DNA of 64,000 nt, taken from positions 79,546,001-79,610,000 of the forward strand of contig NC_043006.1 in the NCBI RefSeq assembly GCF_006345805.1, written 5' to 3'. Position numbers and translations under genes: made by a program. Positions 23,654 to 39,200 of the stretch are shown here, one piece after another (the stretch's first letter is position 1; each line of letters begins with the position of its first letter). Under the pieces are notes generated by a model, which was not told the origin of the DNA, did not search any database, and saw nothing but the letters and a program-made list of their open reading frames with translations. The stretch is from Octopus sinensis (taxonomy: Eukaryota).

Positions 23654-26600
23654 TACATAGAAACAATGGGTTTCTTTCAGTTTCCATCTACCAAATCATC
23701 GCAAAAGGCTTTGGTCAGGCTATATTAGATGACACCCACCCAAGATGCCATGCAGTGAGACAACCCAGAACCATGTGGTTGCGAAGCAAGCTTCTTACTA
23801 TACACACACACACAATGGGCTTCTGTCAGTCTGCTTAGCCCAGGGCTATAGTAGAAGACATGCCCAAGGTACCGTGGAGCGGGCTGAACACAGAGCCATG
23901 TTGTTGGGAAGCAAGCTTCTTACCACACAGCCACATCTGTGATATATTTTCCACCTTTTTTAAAATCTTTTTGTTTCAGTCACTGGACTGTGGCCATGCT
24001 GTGGGAGACCACTTTGAAAGGTTTAGTCAAACAAATTGATGTTAGTATTAACTTTGTTTTAAAAGTCTGGTACTTATTCTATCATGTGAAGGTGCATGGT
24101 TCAGTGGTTAGAGTGTTGGGTTCACCATCACGAGGTAGTGAGTTGGATTCCCAGACTGGGCTGTGTGTTGTTTTCTTGAGCAAGACACTTTATTTCACAT
24201 TTCTCCAGTTCACTCAGATGTAGAAATGAGTTGCAATGTCACTGACGCCAAGCTGTATCAGCTTTTGCCTTTCCCTTGGATAACATCAGTGGCATGGAGA
24301 GGAGAGACTGGTATCCATGGATGATTGCTGGTCTTCCATAAAACAACCTTGCCTGGACTTGTGCCTCAGAAGGTAACTTTCTAGGTGCAATCCCATGGTT
24401 ATTCATGACCGAAGGGGGTCTTTACCCTTTAATCTATCAGTCTATTTTGCCAAACCACCAAATTATGGGGACATAAACAAACCAACATTGGTTGTCAAGT
24501 GGTTGGGGAGAGAGAGACAAACACAAATACACATGACAAGCTTTAAAATATATCAAGTTAACTCAAAAGGCATTTGTCAACCTGAGGTTATAGTACAAGG
24601 CTGAAGATATGCAAAAGCTTGAAAGAAATGAAGCCTGTGTGCACCGATGGATGGGTAATGTCAGTGTGCATATACGACAGAGTGTAAGGGACATGAGAGG
24701 AAAACTGGGTCTACGAGATATCAGATGTAACATGTAAGAGAGAGGACTGCCCTGGCAGAAACGTTAGCATACCGGGTGAAATGCGTAGCTGTATTTCGTC
24801 TGCCGTTACGTTCTGAGTTCAAATTCCGCCGAGGTTGACTTTGCCTTTCATCCTTTTGGGGTCAATAAATTAAGTACCAGTTGCGTAGAGGGAACATGTG
24901 GAAGGCGTAGACCCAGGAAGAGATGGGATGAAGTGGGGAGAAAAGTCTATGGATATTGGGACTCACAGAGGAGATGACAGGGGACCAAAACCCCTGGCGG
25001 TCTGCTGTGCTTGAAAAGACACATCAAGCTAAGTAAAAGCATGGGTGTTCTTACAAACAGGCATCCCTTTCCAGCTGAGCATTCTTAACTTTGCAGGTTT
25101 GTGGGTGCTGGTGCCATGTAAAAAGCACTCATACCGGTGCCACATAGATGCACCCATATCCCAGTGCTGCTTGAAAGCACCCAGTACACTCTGTAAAGTG
25201 GTTGGCGTTAGGAGGAGCATCCAGCCATAGAAACCATGCCAGAACAGACATAGAACCTGGGCAGCACTTCAGCTGGCCAGCACCTGTCAAACTGTCCAAC
25301 ACATGCCAGCATGGAAAAAGATGTTGAATGATGATGAGGATACTTGCCCAAGGTGCCACACAGTGGGAATAAACTTGAAACAATATGGTTGTAAAGTGAG
25401 CTTCTTAACTACACACACATGCAGGTGCATTTACACACACACAAACAGAAATCTGTAAAAATAAATTCTGTATAGTAAAGTACTTTGCGTCTTCCTCAAA
25501 AGTACATTTGGGTGTTTTAGTATGTGAGTAATAGGCTAATCAACCAAAACGATAGATGTTTTGATCTAATTGGATTTCACCAGTGGCTGTGTGATTAGAA
25601 ACAGGAGATTAGTCTCAGATTATAAAGATTCACAACAAACCCCCTTTGTAATGTAGATTCTGCTATGCAAGGAAACTTATGCAACAGTTCACATTTGGGT
25701 ATTCTACAATTTGTTTCAGTCAGTGGACAACAGCCAGTACACATGTACTTAATTTATTGATATTTATTCATTGAACAGCTGAGTTACAGAATGTAAAGGA
25801 ACACAAGACTACACACACCATCACCATCTTTACATCTGCTTTTCCATGCAGTGGTAAGGACATTTTGAAGTAGTTTTTACGACTAAACGGTCTCACAACA
25901 CCCAGAATACTGTGAACATGTTCTTTAAAAAAAAAAAAAGCCTGTGTTTATTTTATAATTATATGGCTACATGGTTGGGAAGCTTGATTCAGTCCCATGC
26001 ATGGTACCCTGGGGAAGTGTCTTCTGCTATAGCTTCAGGCCAACCAAAGCCTTGTTATTGAATTTGATCATCGTATGTATATATGTCAGCAAAAGTGCTT
26101 GTACCAATTTCTTAACTACCCACAAGGGGCTAAACACAGAGAGGGCAAACAAGGATAGACAGACGGATTAAGTCAATTATATTGACCCCAGTGCGTAACT
26201 GGTACTTAATTTATCGACCCCGGCGGAATTTGAACTCAGAACGTAATGGCAGACAAAATACCGCTAAGTATTTAGCCCGGCGTGCTAACGTTTCTGCCAG
26301 CTCGCCGCCTTATAACAGATAGAGAATATCCCTAAAGCTTTGGTACAAGACACTTGTCCAAGCTGCTGCAGAGTAAAGCATCGATAAACATCAACTTACT
26401 TATCATAATAGAGGACAAATTTTTCTTCTGCTGTGTCGGCCACTGCAGCTAAAGTAGAAACCACCTGTTCCAACACCAACTTGCGGCCTTTCTCAACCAA
26501 CTGAAACAAAAAAAGAGAGCGAAAAATAAAAATAAAGGAAGCTAAATAAATATACTTTGTTCTGAGGTACAATACAGCCGGGTTTTATGAAGAAGGGGAT

Positions 26601-27203
26601 CAGTAATGAGCATTTTGCTAAATCAGAAACAAAATTTTATAAACTTCAGTATACGGGCTTCAGTTATGTTTATGTCACTTACCTCATGGAGCTTTTTATT
26701 CAGCACTTGTTCAAGCTTTCCTAGTATAGTATCGAGATATTCAAGGAGGATAGATTTGGGACAGTCATCACTGAAATTGACCAGAGCAGCTGCAGCATGG
26801 GCTTGGACACGGGGATTTTCATCATCATCCATAGTAAGCAGAAGTGCATCTACAACCTGGAAAACAGAAAATAATAATAATAATTAAAAAAATCATTGCT
26901 TCTAATTTAGTACAAGACCAGCAATTTTGAGGGGACAGGAGTGAGATGACTCCATTAACTCCAGTAACTGATTAGAACTTTAATTTATTGACCTCTGAAG
27001 AGATGAAAAACAAAAGTGATCTCAGCATGATCTGAACACAAAATGTGAAGAGTGGCTTTGTGGTAAGTAGCTTGCTTACCACATGGTTCCAGGGTCAGTC
27101 CCAATGCGTGGCTCCTTGGATAAGTGTCGTCTACTACAGCTTCGGGCTGACCAAAGCCTTGTGAGTGGATTTGGTAGACGGACACTGAAAGAAGCCCATC
27201 ATA

Positions 27204-27246
<43 letters not shown>

Positions 27247-30200
27247 TGTATGTCTGTGTTTTTCCCCCATCCACCATCACTTGACAACTAATGTTGGTGT
27301 GTTTACATCCTCGTAACTTAGCAGTTTGACAAAAGTGATCGATAGTATAAGTACTAAGCTTACAAAGAATAAGTCCTGGGATCGATTTATTCGACTAAAG
27401 GCAGTGCTCCAGCATGGCTGTAGTCAAATGACTAAAACAAGTAAAAGAGAAAGCCTAAAGATAACTTCCCTACTAACTAAAATAGCATATAATAGCCTCA
27501 TGGTGATGCTGATCCTTTCTACTAAAGGCACAAGGCCTAAAATTTGGAGATAAAAGGCTAGTTAATCACATCAACCCCAGAGCTCAACTGGCACTTCTAT
27601 CAACCCTAAGATAATGAAAGTAGAGGCACATGGCCTCGTGGTTAGGGCAGCGGACTCACGGTTGAGGGATCGCGGGTTCAAATCTCAGACCGGGCGATGT
27701 GTGTGTTTATGAGTGAAACACCTAAGCTCCATGCAGCTCCGGCAGAAGGTAATGGCAAAACTTCTGCTGATTCTTTCACCATAACTTTCCCTCACTCTTT
27801 CCTCCTGCATCTTGCAGCTCACTTGCGATGGACCAGCGTCCCGTCCAGGTGGGGAACTTATACGCCAAGAAACCGGGAAACTGGCCCTTATGAGCCAGGC
27901 ATGGCTCGAGAAGGAACAAAAGAGAATGGAAAGTAATGTCAATCTCAGCAGAATTTGAAACCAGAACACAGTGAAGAAGACATAACAGAAAGCATTTTTT
28001 TCAACGCTCTAACAGTTCTGTCAGCTTACCACAACAACAACGATGATACCACTGCCCTGTTTTGGCAGCTAAACCTCAAGCATTCAACAAAGAGTATAAT
28101 TTCAGAAGTCAACTAATGAATATTTTCCTGGTTAAGCAAATACCACAATAGTCAGTAAATGAATCGGAACAGACTGGCCAAGTACTCATGTATTGACCTA
28201 AATAGTGAAGTGGGTGCTTAACATACTTAATCTAGTAAGCTAAGGAATTTTAATTTTAAATAAGCTGATGAAAACAAACAGTATAGAAATAACTAATTCT
28301 GGTCAAAAAATATAAGGGAGACAACCCTGAAAGTCTGATTAACTAAAAATTAATTAAATATGGAATGAAGCAAAGAGCATTACAGTGCCAACTCCTAAAT
28401 TCTTGACTAGTCAAGATTTTGGTCCCTGGTTATAAAAATTTCATTTTACATCCAATACAAATTATTTATCATTTGTAGGTTTAAGAGCTTAAATAAAACC
28501 TTGCTGATGAATCTTTTACAGACTTGTTTATAATGACTAGTTTATTATATAAAATAACAATTAATAAAGGAATTGTGTTATTTTTCATTTTCTTTTTTAG
28601 TGTTAAATATTTCTGTATCTGAAGGAGGAGTTAAAACACTTGTTTTAAAAGACAACCACTGAAAGACAAAGTAAAAATGATATTCATGTTTCTATGTAAA
28701 ATGCTATGAAGATAAATATGCGCTGCCTTGATTCCTAGTGGAGTATGCTTGAAACTCATAAAGCGTTGTACTAGTAGTCTTAGGTTGTAAATAACTCAAC
28801 CGTTTATGAACAAGAGTTAACACTTTTGTTGTTATACGAGGTGGTATCAAAAGGTTACCAGACTAGTTATATTTAACAAAAAGTAACTTATTTTAACATC
28901 ATCTCCTTCGAAATAAAATGGTAACGTTTGAGCTGGATTTTCATCTTCAGGAAGAGATGGAAGTCCGCAGGTGCTAAAATCTGGCAAACAAGGTGGATAC
29001 AGAAGCAATACCATGTTGTTTTTGGCAAGTGAGGAGAGCTTGTGATAAGGTGCATTGTCCTGAAGAATGCAATTCTTTGCGCTCCAGAAATCCAGTTACT
29101 TTCGCTGAACGTTCTCCTTCAAACGTTGCAGTAGAACTCTCGATTGATGGCCTGGCTCTAGGGGATGAATTCTTGATGCACAATACCACATTTCCAAGGA
29201 GATTCTTCTGCTTTTGAAATGACCATGCCAATCAAAACACTGGGTACAACTGACTGCCTCGTAGAACCAAGGATAGGTGAACAAAATCAAAATCCATAAC
29301 ATTGGGAAGCTGTAGGCACACAGCCAGAGAGGCAAACTCCATCCTCTATCTCTTCTAATCATCAGCCAAGTTTCTCACCACCTTCCTCCCTGTCTATTTC
29401 TTGATGTTGCACATTAGTTCCTTTGTGGTATTTCTACCCTTTTACTGAGGTTTTCTCCATGCAAGCTAATAGTCACAAGGGGTGGGATGTCTTTGTGTCA
29501 CATTAGAAGACCAACCACTTCATTTTCTACCTTTGAACAATGGCCAGAAAAGCTCTGTTGTTCACAAGCTCCTTCATCATTCATTCATTGTTTAACATCT
29601 GTCTGCTATGCATGCATGGGTAGGATGGTTGACAGGAGCCAGCCAGGCTACTGTGTCTACTTTGGCAGGGTTCTTACGGCTGGATGTCTTTCTTAATACC
29701 AACCACTCAGCGAAGTGGACTAAAACAGATTTGCTATCATACTTATTAATTTGGTGTTCATCGTCACCAGTTTGATGGCCACTTTACTATGCTGGCATAG
29801 ATCAGATGGAATTTACTCACGGAGGAAGATTTTCTACAGCTGGATATCAATTCTACCACCAATCCTCACTGGCTTCCAAGCAAGTTAATCATTTCCCTCA
29901 TGGCTGGACATGTTTTCACTGAAGACTTGGAGTGAGGCACTGCTTGCACAACAGTCATGTTCGCTTATAACTGTCATGTGATGTCAAGACAAGGAGACAC
30001 ATTATATCTATCTATATATATATATAAAACAAACTGATAAAAATCAATAAATAAATCATAATAACCAACTGCCAGCCTGCTACAGCTGAATACTGATGAG
30101 CATATTGAGACATACAGTAAAATGAAGAGATAATTTCCTTTGAGAGATAAACAGGGACAGCAGAAGAAGTAGAAGAGGGAAGCGTCGTTACCTTATCATG

Positions 30201-33200
30201 AAATTTCTTTTGAAAACATGGACCAAAATCAGTAGAGAGCTGACCAAGTGCATTGCATGTAGCATAACGTACTCGTGGATGCTGCAAGAGAGGAAAAGTA
30301 ACACACAAGATTTATAATGATTTCACACTAAAATAATACACATCAATAACCTATGATATAAAACTGTGAAAACAAATACACATTTATACTATGGAAGCAC
30401 TCCATCGGTTACGACGACGAGGGTTCCGGTTGATCCGATCAACGGAACAGCCTGCTCGTGAAATTAACGTGTAAGTGGCTGAGCACTCCACAGACACGTG
30501 TACCCTTAACGTAGTTCTCGGGGATATTCAGCGTGACACAAGAGAGTGACAAGGCCAGCCCTTTGAAATATAGGTACAACAGAAACAGGAAGTAAGAGTG
30601 AGAGAAAGTTGTGGTGAAAGAGTACAGCAGGGATCACCACCATCCCCTGCCGGAGCCTCGTGGAGCTTTAGGTGTTTTCACTCAATAAACACTCACAATG
30701 CCCGGTCTGGGAATCGAAACCGCGATCCTACGACCGCGAGTCCACTGCCCTAACCACTGGGCAATTGCACCTCCACATTTATACTAAAGGTAACTTAAAT
30801 AACCCTGAGACAAACTTAATATCTGAAAATCACGAGGTTACCAGGTCACTTACATAATATCTTCATATCATGGATTAACAAATGCTAGTCTGAAATGATT
30901 TCCCTACAACTTTCTCCATATTCATAGAAAGATTTAAGTTCAGTGATGTACTTAAATCAAAACACTCTTTGGTAATACAGCACTCATACAGTTATGAGTG
31001 ATGTGCATTACTCCCTTTATCCAGAAGAAATACCTATTTCTTTACTACCCACAAGGGGCTAAACACAGAGGTGACAAACAAGGACAGACAAACGGATAAA
31101 GTCGATTATATCGACCCCACTGCGTAACTGGTTCTTATTTAATCGACCCCGAAAGGATGAAAGGCAAAGTCAACCTTGGCGGAATTTGAACTTAGAACGT
31201 AACGGCAGACGAAATATCGCTAGGCATTTTGCCCAGCGTGCTAACGTTTTCTGCCAGCTTGCCGCCTTTATCTTCTTTATCCAGAAGAAATACCACAAGG
31301 CATTTCTTCTGATACTCTAACAACTTTGCTGCATACAACCATCACCCTCCAAATAATAACAAATATAGTAATAGTTAATTTTCTACATAGACACAAGACT
31401 AGAAATTTTTGGTAACTCACCTTGATGAAAAACTCTCAACCCTTCTACCCATAGATAATTTGTTGTACCAATTTATGGGAAAAGGTAGGCTCCAGAGCAC
31501 AGACAGATTAGTTGTTTGAGAATGTATTACGTACAACTTGATTGGCCCTTCAATCCAAATCCTGCACAATACTCAACCAATCACAACACAAGCTTAAACC
31601 AATGTTCAAAACTCACATGATAGGTAAATCCTGGGCTGCGGAGTTGAAACAAAGAACTTCCACTCCAACTCCTCTTTACATAATGAAGTGATTGTGGTCT
31701 ACATATCTCATAAAGCATATGCATATGCTTGTACATTGGGTAGGCTTTTTATGTTATAACTTATATGTTATAGTAAAAAATATAGATATTGTGAGTCAGA
31801 GTCGATATAGTTTTACTGACTCCAACTCCAGCTATCCCTTAATTGTTTCCGACTCTGTCTCCACAGCCTTGGGTAAATCAACATTCCATTACAGATTAGC
31901 ATGCTGAGTCTATAAAAGGCTGATAATATTCAATATGCCATAATGGAAATTGGTCTCATTACAATCTTGACCCCATATATGACTGGTACATTATGTAATC
32001 AACCCTAGAAGGACGAAAGGCAAAGTTGATTTTGGCAGGATCTGAACCCGCCACAGCTAAATATCACAAGGCTTTGTCTGATACTATGAAGATTGTGCCA
32101 ATCTACTGCCTTCATAATAACAATGAAAATATTAATAAGAAGAAAGTGAAACACAGGTTAACCCTTTAGATTAATGTTTGTCAACACATTAACACATTAT
32201 CTTTGACAGCATGGCACCCAGCACCACCAAATCACACAACTCTATTCTTCAGAGCTTCAACATGTTACCATGTTTATATGCACTTTGAAGTAATTAGATC
32301 CTGGATTCTTAACCAGGAATTGAAACCTCAGCCTGAATATTCCAGCAAGCTTCTTTCCTTTGTTCTCTGAATTTGCAGTCGGAGTTTTATGAGTCAGCTG
32401 TAAACTGTTAACATCTTGGGTTACGTTTAGTTCAATTAGTGTCGGTGGCACGTAAAAAGCACCCATTACACTCACGGAGTAGTCGGTGTTAGGAAGGGCA
32501 TCCAGCTGTAGAAACACTGCCAGATCAGACTGGGCCTGGTGCAGCCTCCTGACTTCACAGACCCTGGTCAAACCGTCCAACCCATGCTAGCATGGAAAAT
32601 GGACGTTAAACGATGATGATGATGATGAAATACCCTTTCTTGTAGTGACTTAGTTTAGCAATGGGTCTGTTATAAATATGAACACTAAACAAAATTCTCT
32701 CTCTCATACTGACCTGGCACTTACAGAAGGGGTAACACACCTGCTTCCTTTCACCAGCTCTTTCAGAGAGTCAAGATATCTCTCTCTCTCTTTACTCAGT
32801 GGCTGTCACAGAACTAACATATCCCTCCTACCTTCTCAATAACTTTCAGAGAGGTAAACTCTCTTTTCTCTCCTTTTTCATCAGCCACCTAATAGTGGAC
32901 TACAATGACCAGAGATATCTATATGAGAGACAACAGAACAACAACCAGCCTTTATGTATTAACAACTCAAAGTAGTTGTTAGTCTCATAACAATAAATAA
33001 AAGTTATGTTAACTATGATATTTCTTCTGTCATCTATTTCTATGGCCAATGAATTTACCAACACACAGCTTTTCCATGTTTACTAAACTTCATCAACACC
33101 TTGACCACAATATCCTGATAATATAAAACACACTTATGGCTACAATCCATCCATCACACACTCATCAACATGACAGCTATGGGCATTAAATTAACCTGCA

Positions 33201-36200
33201 ACTAACAAAAATAGATCTTACCGGATCTTTCAGATAAGGTAACACAGTTTCAACAATATTGGCTAGCATTTGCTCCATTTGGGTATGGCAGCCTTCACCA
33301 CAAGCAGAAATGGCCATTAATGCGGCATGTCGGCAACGCCAATCAGCTGTGGAAGAATAAATTTATTATAATTAGTAAATACAAATCATTTTCACTCATG
33401 CATAATGTAAAAAATTTAATACAAAAATATCATGGTCAATATTGGGTTAGGATAGCATTATTGTTACAATGTGGAGCCTTGTTCACTTGTATGTTATTGT
33501 TGGCACTGTAATAATCTTGTCGCCACTATTATGTTGTGGTGGTATTCTGCGTTTTAACATCTTTGACTCATCTATCGTGCTATCGCTGATAGCTCCGCAA
33601 GACAATGACTTTGAAACATCTACCTTAACAGTAACTTGAACTTGTATACAACACGTAACTGACAGACACTGATTCCAACTGAGAACTCATACAATGACTA
33701 AACTACTACTGACTTCCTGTGACATAGTGGCTAACTCATTCATACCACTTTGTCATGTGGGAAGGAGAGTACCATTTTCATTGCAACAATTATACTAGTG
33801 AAAAAATGAAAAAGAAAGGATAAAATATGAGATAGCAGTGTTCTCAAAAAATTATGGTAGCTTCATATTGATAAGTACTGCTCTTAGACCATAAAATCTA
33901 TAATAAATGTATGAAAGAAAAAACAAAGAACATAGAACCAACTGTAGCTAGGAGCTAATGAGCTTCATACTTGGGTTTTTTATTAATTTTAGAAAATCAA
34001 ATCAAGGTTTTGGTTGTTTAAAATAGCTTTGTCTAAAAAAAAACATTTCTGAAATTCAACAAAAGGGTGTTTTTTTTTGTTTTTGTTTTTTGGGGGTTTT
34101 TTTTTTTACAATTTAATCAGGGGGGGGGGGCTTACAGACTGGTAGTGTTGGGTATGTATATTTAAGGCCATGAGTTTAGTACCTGAACTGGACAGCACAG
34201 TGTGTCCAAAAGCAAGACACTTCATACTCCAAATCAACTCAAGTGGATGAGTTGGAATGCAGCCCTTCTTCCAGCTGTCACATCATAGATGTCCTGCTGA
34301 GTTAAAGTTGGTAGGGCCAGGAGGGTGTCAATACCTGATCACAACTGCACAGGCAGCTAAAACAATTAACAAAAACATGGAACATGCTACAAAATCATAC
34401 TTGCTACTGAGTGGCAGCTATATTTCTAGTTGTGTGTGTCCATTCAAGTCAACTTGGCCCCATTTTAATGAGCCCAATTAGATAAGTTGAGAAGTCAAAG
34501 TTGATTCAGGTGAAATTTGAGATAAACTAAATAGTTTAAACTATATTATCTTGTCTCAGATCATGTGGCGCTTGATTACACAGCCATTGTGAGACAAAAA
34601 AAAAGCAAAAAGGGGTGGGTGTCAATATTAGGAAAATATTTAAAAAAAAAAAAAAGAAAGGGTGTGGGAAGACAAGGGAGTAATAGAGTAGGAAAAAGGG
34701 TTTTAATATTTACCATTCGTCAACATCTGAGGTATATGAGATACAATGGGAGGCAAAATAGTTTTGCCTCCCAAAGCACAGGCAAGACGATCCAGTGCAT
34801 TCTCACCGACTATGGCATTACTGGAGAGAAAGAAAGAAAGGACAAATTAGAAGACATTGATATAAAGGTAACTGAATGCACATAATACATAAGGTCTTAG
34901 GGCAGCTTGTGAACAGAATGTGGCTCTTTGAAATGTGTCATCAATGTGTCTTCTAAATACATTAGAGCACTACAATTAACCCTTTGCCTCTTTTACTTGT
35001 TTCAGTCATTTGACTGTGGCCATGCTGGAGCACCGCCTTTAGCCGAGTAAATCGACCCCAGGACTTATTCTTTGTAAGCCTAGTACTTATTCTATCAGTC
35101 TCTTTTGCTGAACCGCTAAGTTACGGAGGACGTAAACACACCACCATCGGATGTCAAGCAATGGTGGGGGGACAAACAGACATACAAACATATGCACACA
35201 CACACATATATATATATATATATGTATATACATACATACAACGAGCTTCTTCCAGTTTCCGTCTACCAAATCCACTCACAAAGCTTTGGTCGGCCATGAG
35301 GCTATAGTAGAAGACACTTGCCCATGGTGCCACGCAGTGGGAATGAACCCGGAACCATGTGGTTGGTAAGCAAGCTACTTACCATACAGCCACTCTTGCG
35401 CCTATCCAAAATATTTTCATCAGTTTGCCCTCATACTTTTTTTCAGACATTTAGCTAACCCTTTTTGTTTCATACTTTTTGGGTAATATAAGTCCCAAGT
35501 TACTTTGGTGGTTGGCAAAAATTGGAAATGCATATCATCTATGATGCATGGACATTGTGGAAATATGTTATGTGAATTATGCGTATTATATGACAGGCAA
35601 AGGGTTAACTGTATCTAATGAAAACTAACTGAAATCACTCCTGGTTTCTAATGAAAACCCCACCGAAATCACTCAATGATGCAAGACATCCAGTTCTTAA
35701 GATGCTCAAAATAATTTTTAAATCTTCCATCATAATTTACCAAAGAACCTTCCATTCACTTATGAAATCAAAATGTTCAAATACTGATATTCTCACAGTA
35801 AATTAAAATTTCAAATGGTATTTATATATCTAAGTGGTATAGTACCTTTCTATGTCATCATCATCAGCTTCATCTTTTTGAGCCCAATCAGGATCCTCTT
35901 CAAGGTCTACCATAAGTGCAAGCGTTTCAGGAACTGAGTAAAAATGAAAAATTTTTTTTTAAAAAGCCACAATTAAAACAGATCAAAATATATGTAAGCA
36001 CCACATCATCATTACTTTAACACCGTGCCGTCAAAAATGGCAGCCAATTGTAGTATTTTGTGTATAAATAAGATACATAATAATCAGACACAAACATTCA
36101 CACACTTCCCTTGAACATGCACACACATATATCTACTCAGAGTTGAAATGCTGTTTGAGTTTTCTTTTCAGCGTTGAACGTCCACCATCCCATTTCCATT

Positions 36201-39200
36201 GCACATACACATACCTCCCTTCTACATTCATACACATACTCACACAGAGTTGAAACACTGATTTTTTGTCACCCCTTCCTTTTTCATTCATATATTGTGA
36301 CAGAGAAAAACAGAAGATACAAGATGTGCTTTTGCCACTTCTTTTCTCTCGTTGCTATTACTTTCTCTCACTCTCTCTCAGTCAGAGCTATTACTCTCAC
36401 TACTTCTCCTTCACTGAATTAGTACTTTCTCTCTTCCCCCTTTACTTATACTACTCTTTCTCCTACTCTGTGATTTTGGACAAATATATATATATACATA
36501 TATATACACACACAAATATATAGAAACACTACGCTCATTATTCTATTAGGAGATTCACTTCCCCATGCTTGCATGGATCAAATGGAATTTACCCTTCCTG
36601 TTGCCAACCCACATCAGTTTTCAAGCAAGGTAATATTTCTTCACGGCCAGACATGTTTTCAAGACACCCGTGCCGGTGACACGTAAAAAGCGCCGTCCGA
36701 ATGTGGCAGATGCCAGTACCGCCTGATTGGCATCCGTGTTGGTGACATGTAAAAGCACCAACCAATCGTGGCCATTTGCCAGCCTGCTCTGGCCCCTGTG
36801 CCGGTGGCATGTAAAAAAACACGCACTACACTCACAGAGTGGTTGGCGTTAGGAAGGGCATCCAGCTGTAGAAACACTGCCAAATCAGACTGGAGCCTGG
36901 TACAGTATCCATGGTTTACCAGACCCCGGTCGAACCATACAACCCATGCTAGCATGGAAAATGGACGTTAAATGATATTGATGGTCCAATTGCATGGCAA
37001 AAACACTTGCTTACAGCTATTTTGTTATGTCAAGAAAGGAGAGTGTCGGGACAAGGGGACAAACATTACACATATGGAAAAATAAACTGTCCACATGTCT
37101 ATACACACATCCTTTTTGTATTTGCTTAGCACGATTACTGATGCGAAATCAATCGTGCTAAAAACAAATGTTGCTGCACTTTGAGAGGTTCATTTTTCAA
37201 ATAATAAAGTGCAATAATTGCATTTCACTTCTTTATATGACTATGAGTTTATTAACTCATCAATTTTCTGAGCAATCTTCCAGTTGGTTTATCAGAATTC
37301 TTTTACTGCAGCTTCTAACCTTATCAATGCCCCCCCCCTCACCGTTTTTCTTCTTCTTTTTTTCCTGTGCTAATGTACCCTTCCTGCTAAGTTCTACACA
37401 CTACTGATTTTAAAGTATTAAACAATGGCTACATGGATACAAGTGGCCAGAGACAGTCAACAGTGGAAGGAGGCCAGAGAGGGGAGTTCCTCTTTCAGTA
37501 GTGATGAAGCACTGGATATTGGACGTTGGAAACAATTGAGATGTTCGTCTACTCTGGATATGATACTATGACAACCACTTTTATCACAGGTTTTGTTAAT
37601 GAATGGATTTGAACTCAACACTCTCAGTTATATTATAACATTGCTACTATCTCATGGCCCCGATTTAAAGTAATATGGGGGAGGATCATTTAGAGCCAAA
37701 AGGCATTCCCAGTGTAGCTCTAGTGATGAAACCTCACTCTTCAATCATTTAAACAGCAGACCAACTCTGAACAATTTAGTGGCAAGATGTATGTACAATA
37801 TTCAGGAGCAATGCAACTCACCCAAATTTGGGATGTACTTCCAGTTTTTGCGGACCATAGCAGCAGCTGTTTCTGACAGAGCAACAATTACTTCTAGTGA
37901 CAGTTGCCGTCGATGATCGTCAGCTTCCCGATTGGATACTACCTGGGTAACAAAACAAACAAGAAAGAAATTACTTCTAGCATATATTTTGCTTTTCATT
38001 CATTATCCTAAAACTATTATCATACATAATATGGAACGTAATCCTAGATACTCTATACCCGACTAAAACATCAGAGCAGAACATTTCAGATGAGGGCTGA
38101 CCAAGCCTAAACAACCTTGGGTTTATAGCAGACCTGCTTTTACACAAACAAACACACACAACTTTAAGCTTCTTTTCCTAAAGAAGCATAGTAGTAGGAT
38201 GGTTTTTCAAATATTGGATCCTCATCATTTCAACATCCACTGTATTATACTTGAATGGGACAAACAAAATTTAAGGCAACTTTTATACAGCTGGAGGCCC
38301 TTTCTGTTGCCAATCCTCACCTGTTCCTAAGACAGATAATATTCCCTAAGGCCAAACATGTTTTCCATGGAAGACTGGGAATGAACATTGCTTGTATGAC
38401 ACTGATGCTCACTTACAACCAACAGGCAATGTCAAGACAAGGGTACGCATGCATGCATGCGCACACTCCTTTCAGGTTCTATCTACCAAATCCACTCACA
38501 AGGCTATGATAGAAGACACATGCCCAAGATGCTGTACAGTGGGACTGAACCCAAGACCACATAGCTGGGAAGCAAGCTTAAAACTTTAGCATTTAAACCA
38601 GCCATATTTGGCCAAAATATCCTGCCTCTTGTATGTTTAAACAGGCCAGATCCAACATTTCACACCTACCCAACAATGTTGTTCTAAAAATAAATAATTG
38701 TGTCGTAGGAGTGGTTGTGTGGTAAGTAGCTTGCTTATGAATCACATGGTTCCAGGTTCAGTCCCACTGTGTAGCACCTTGGGCAAGTGTCTTCTACTAT
38801 AGCCTCGGGCTGACCAAAGCTTTGTGAGTGGACAGAGGCTGGGAGAAGCCCATCATATATATGTGTATATATATATATATATGTATGTGTGTGTATATGT
38901 TTGTGTGTTTGTCCCCCAACATCGCTTGACAACCGATGCTGGTGTGTTTACGTCCCTGTAACTTAGCTGTTTGGCGAAGGAGACCGATAGAATAAGTACT
39001 AGGCATACAAAGAATAGGTCCTGGGGTCATTTTGCTCGACTAAAAGGCAGTGCTCCAGCATGGCCACATTCAAATGACTGAAACAAGTAAAAGAGTATGT
39101 CATTGATATCTTGCAGCCATAAGATAATGCATGATTAATTCAAAGCAAAGTGAATTAAATAAGTATTGCATTTTGACAGAATAATCTGAATGATGAAGGG

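Noticed and set aside
27624-27700. tRNA-like sequences at SINE heads (also about 30700-30776, 45440-45516)
   Set aside because: No complete acceptor stem and each continues into a repeated SINE body; not tRNA genes.
31841-31868. Minus-strand CTGTGGA-GAC AGA GTC-GGAAAC hammerhead-like string
   Set aside because: Core altered and no cleavage triplet or stem I.
38087-38112. CAGATGA-GGGC..GCCT-AAAC hammerhead-like string
   Set aside because: U4 and G12 are missing and there is no stem I/III; at most a dead relic.
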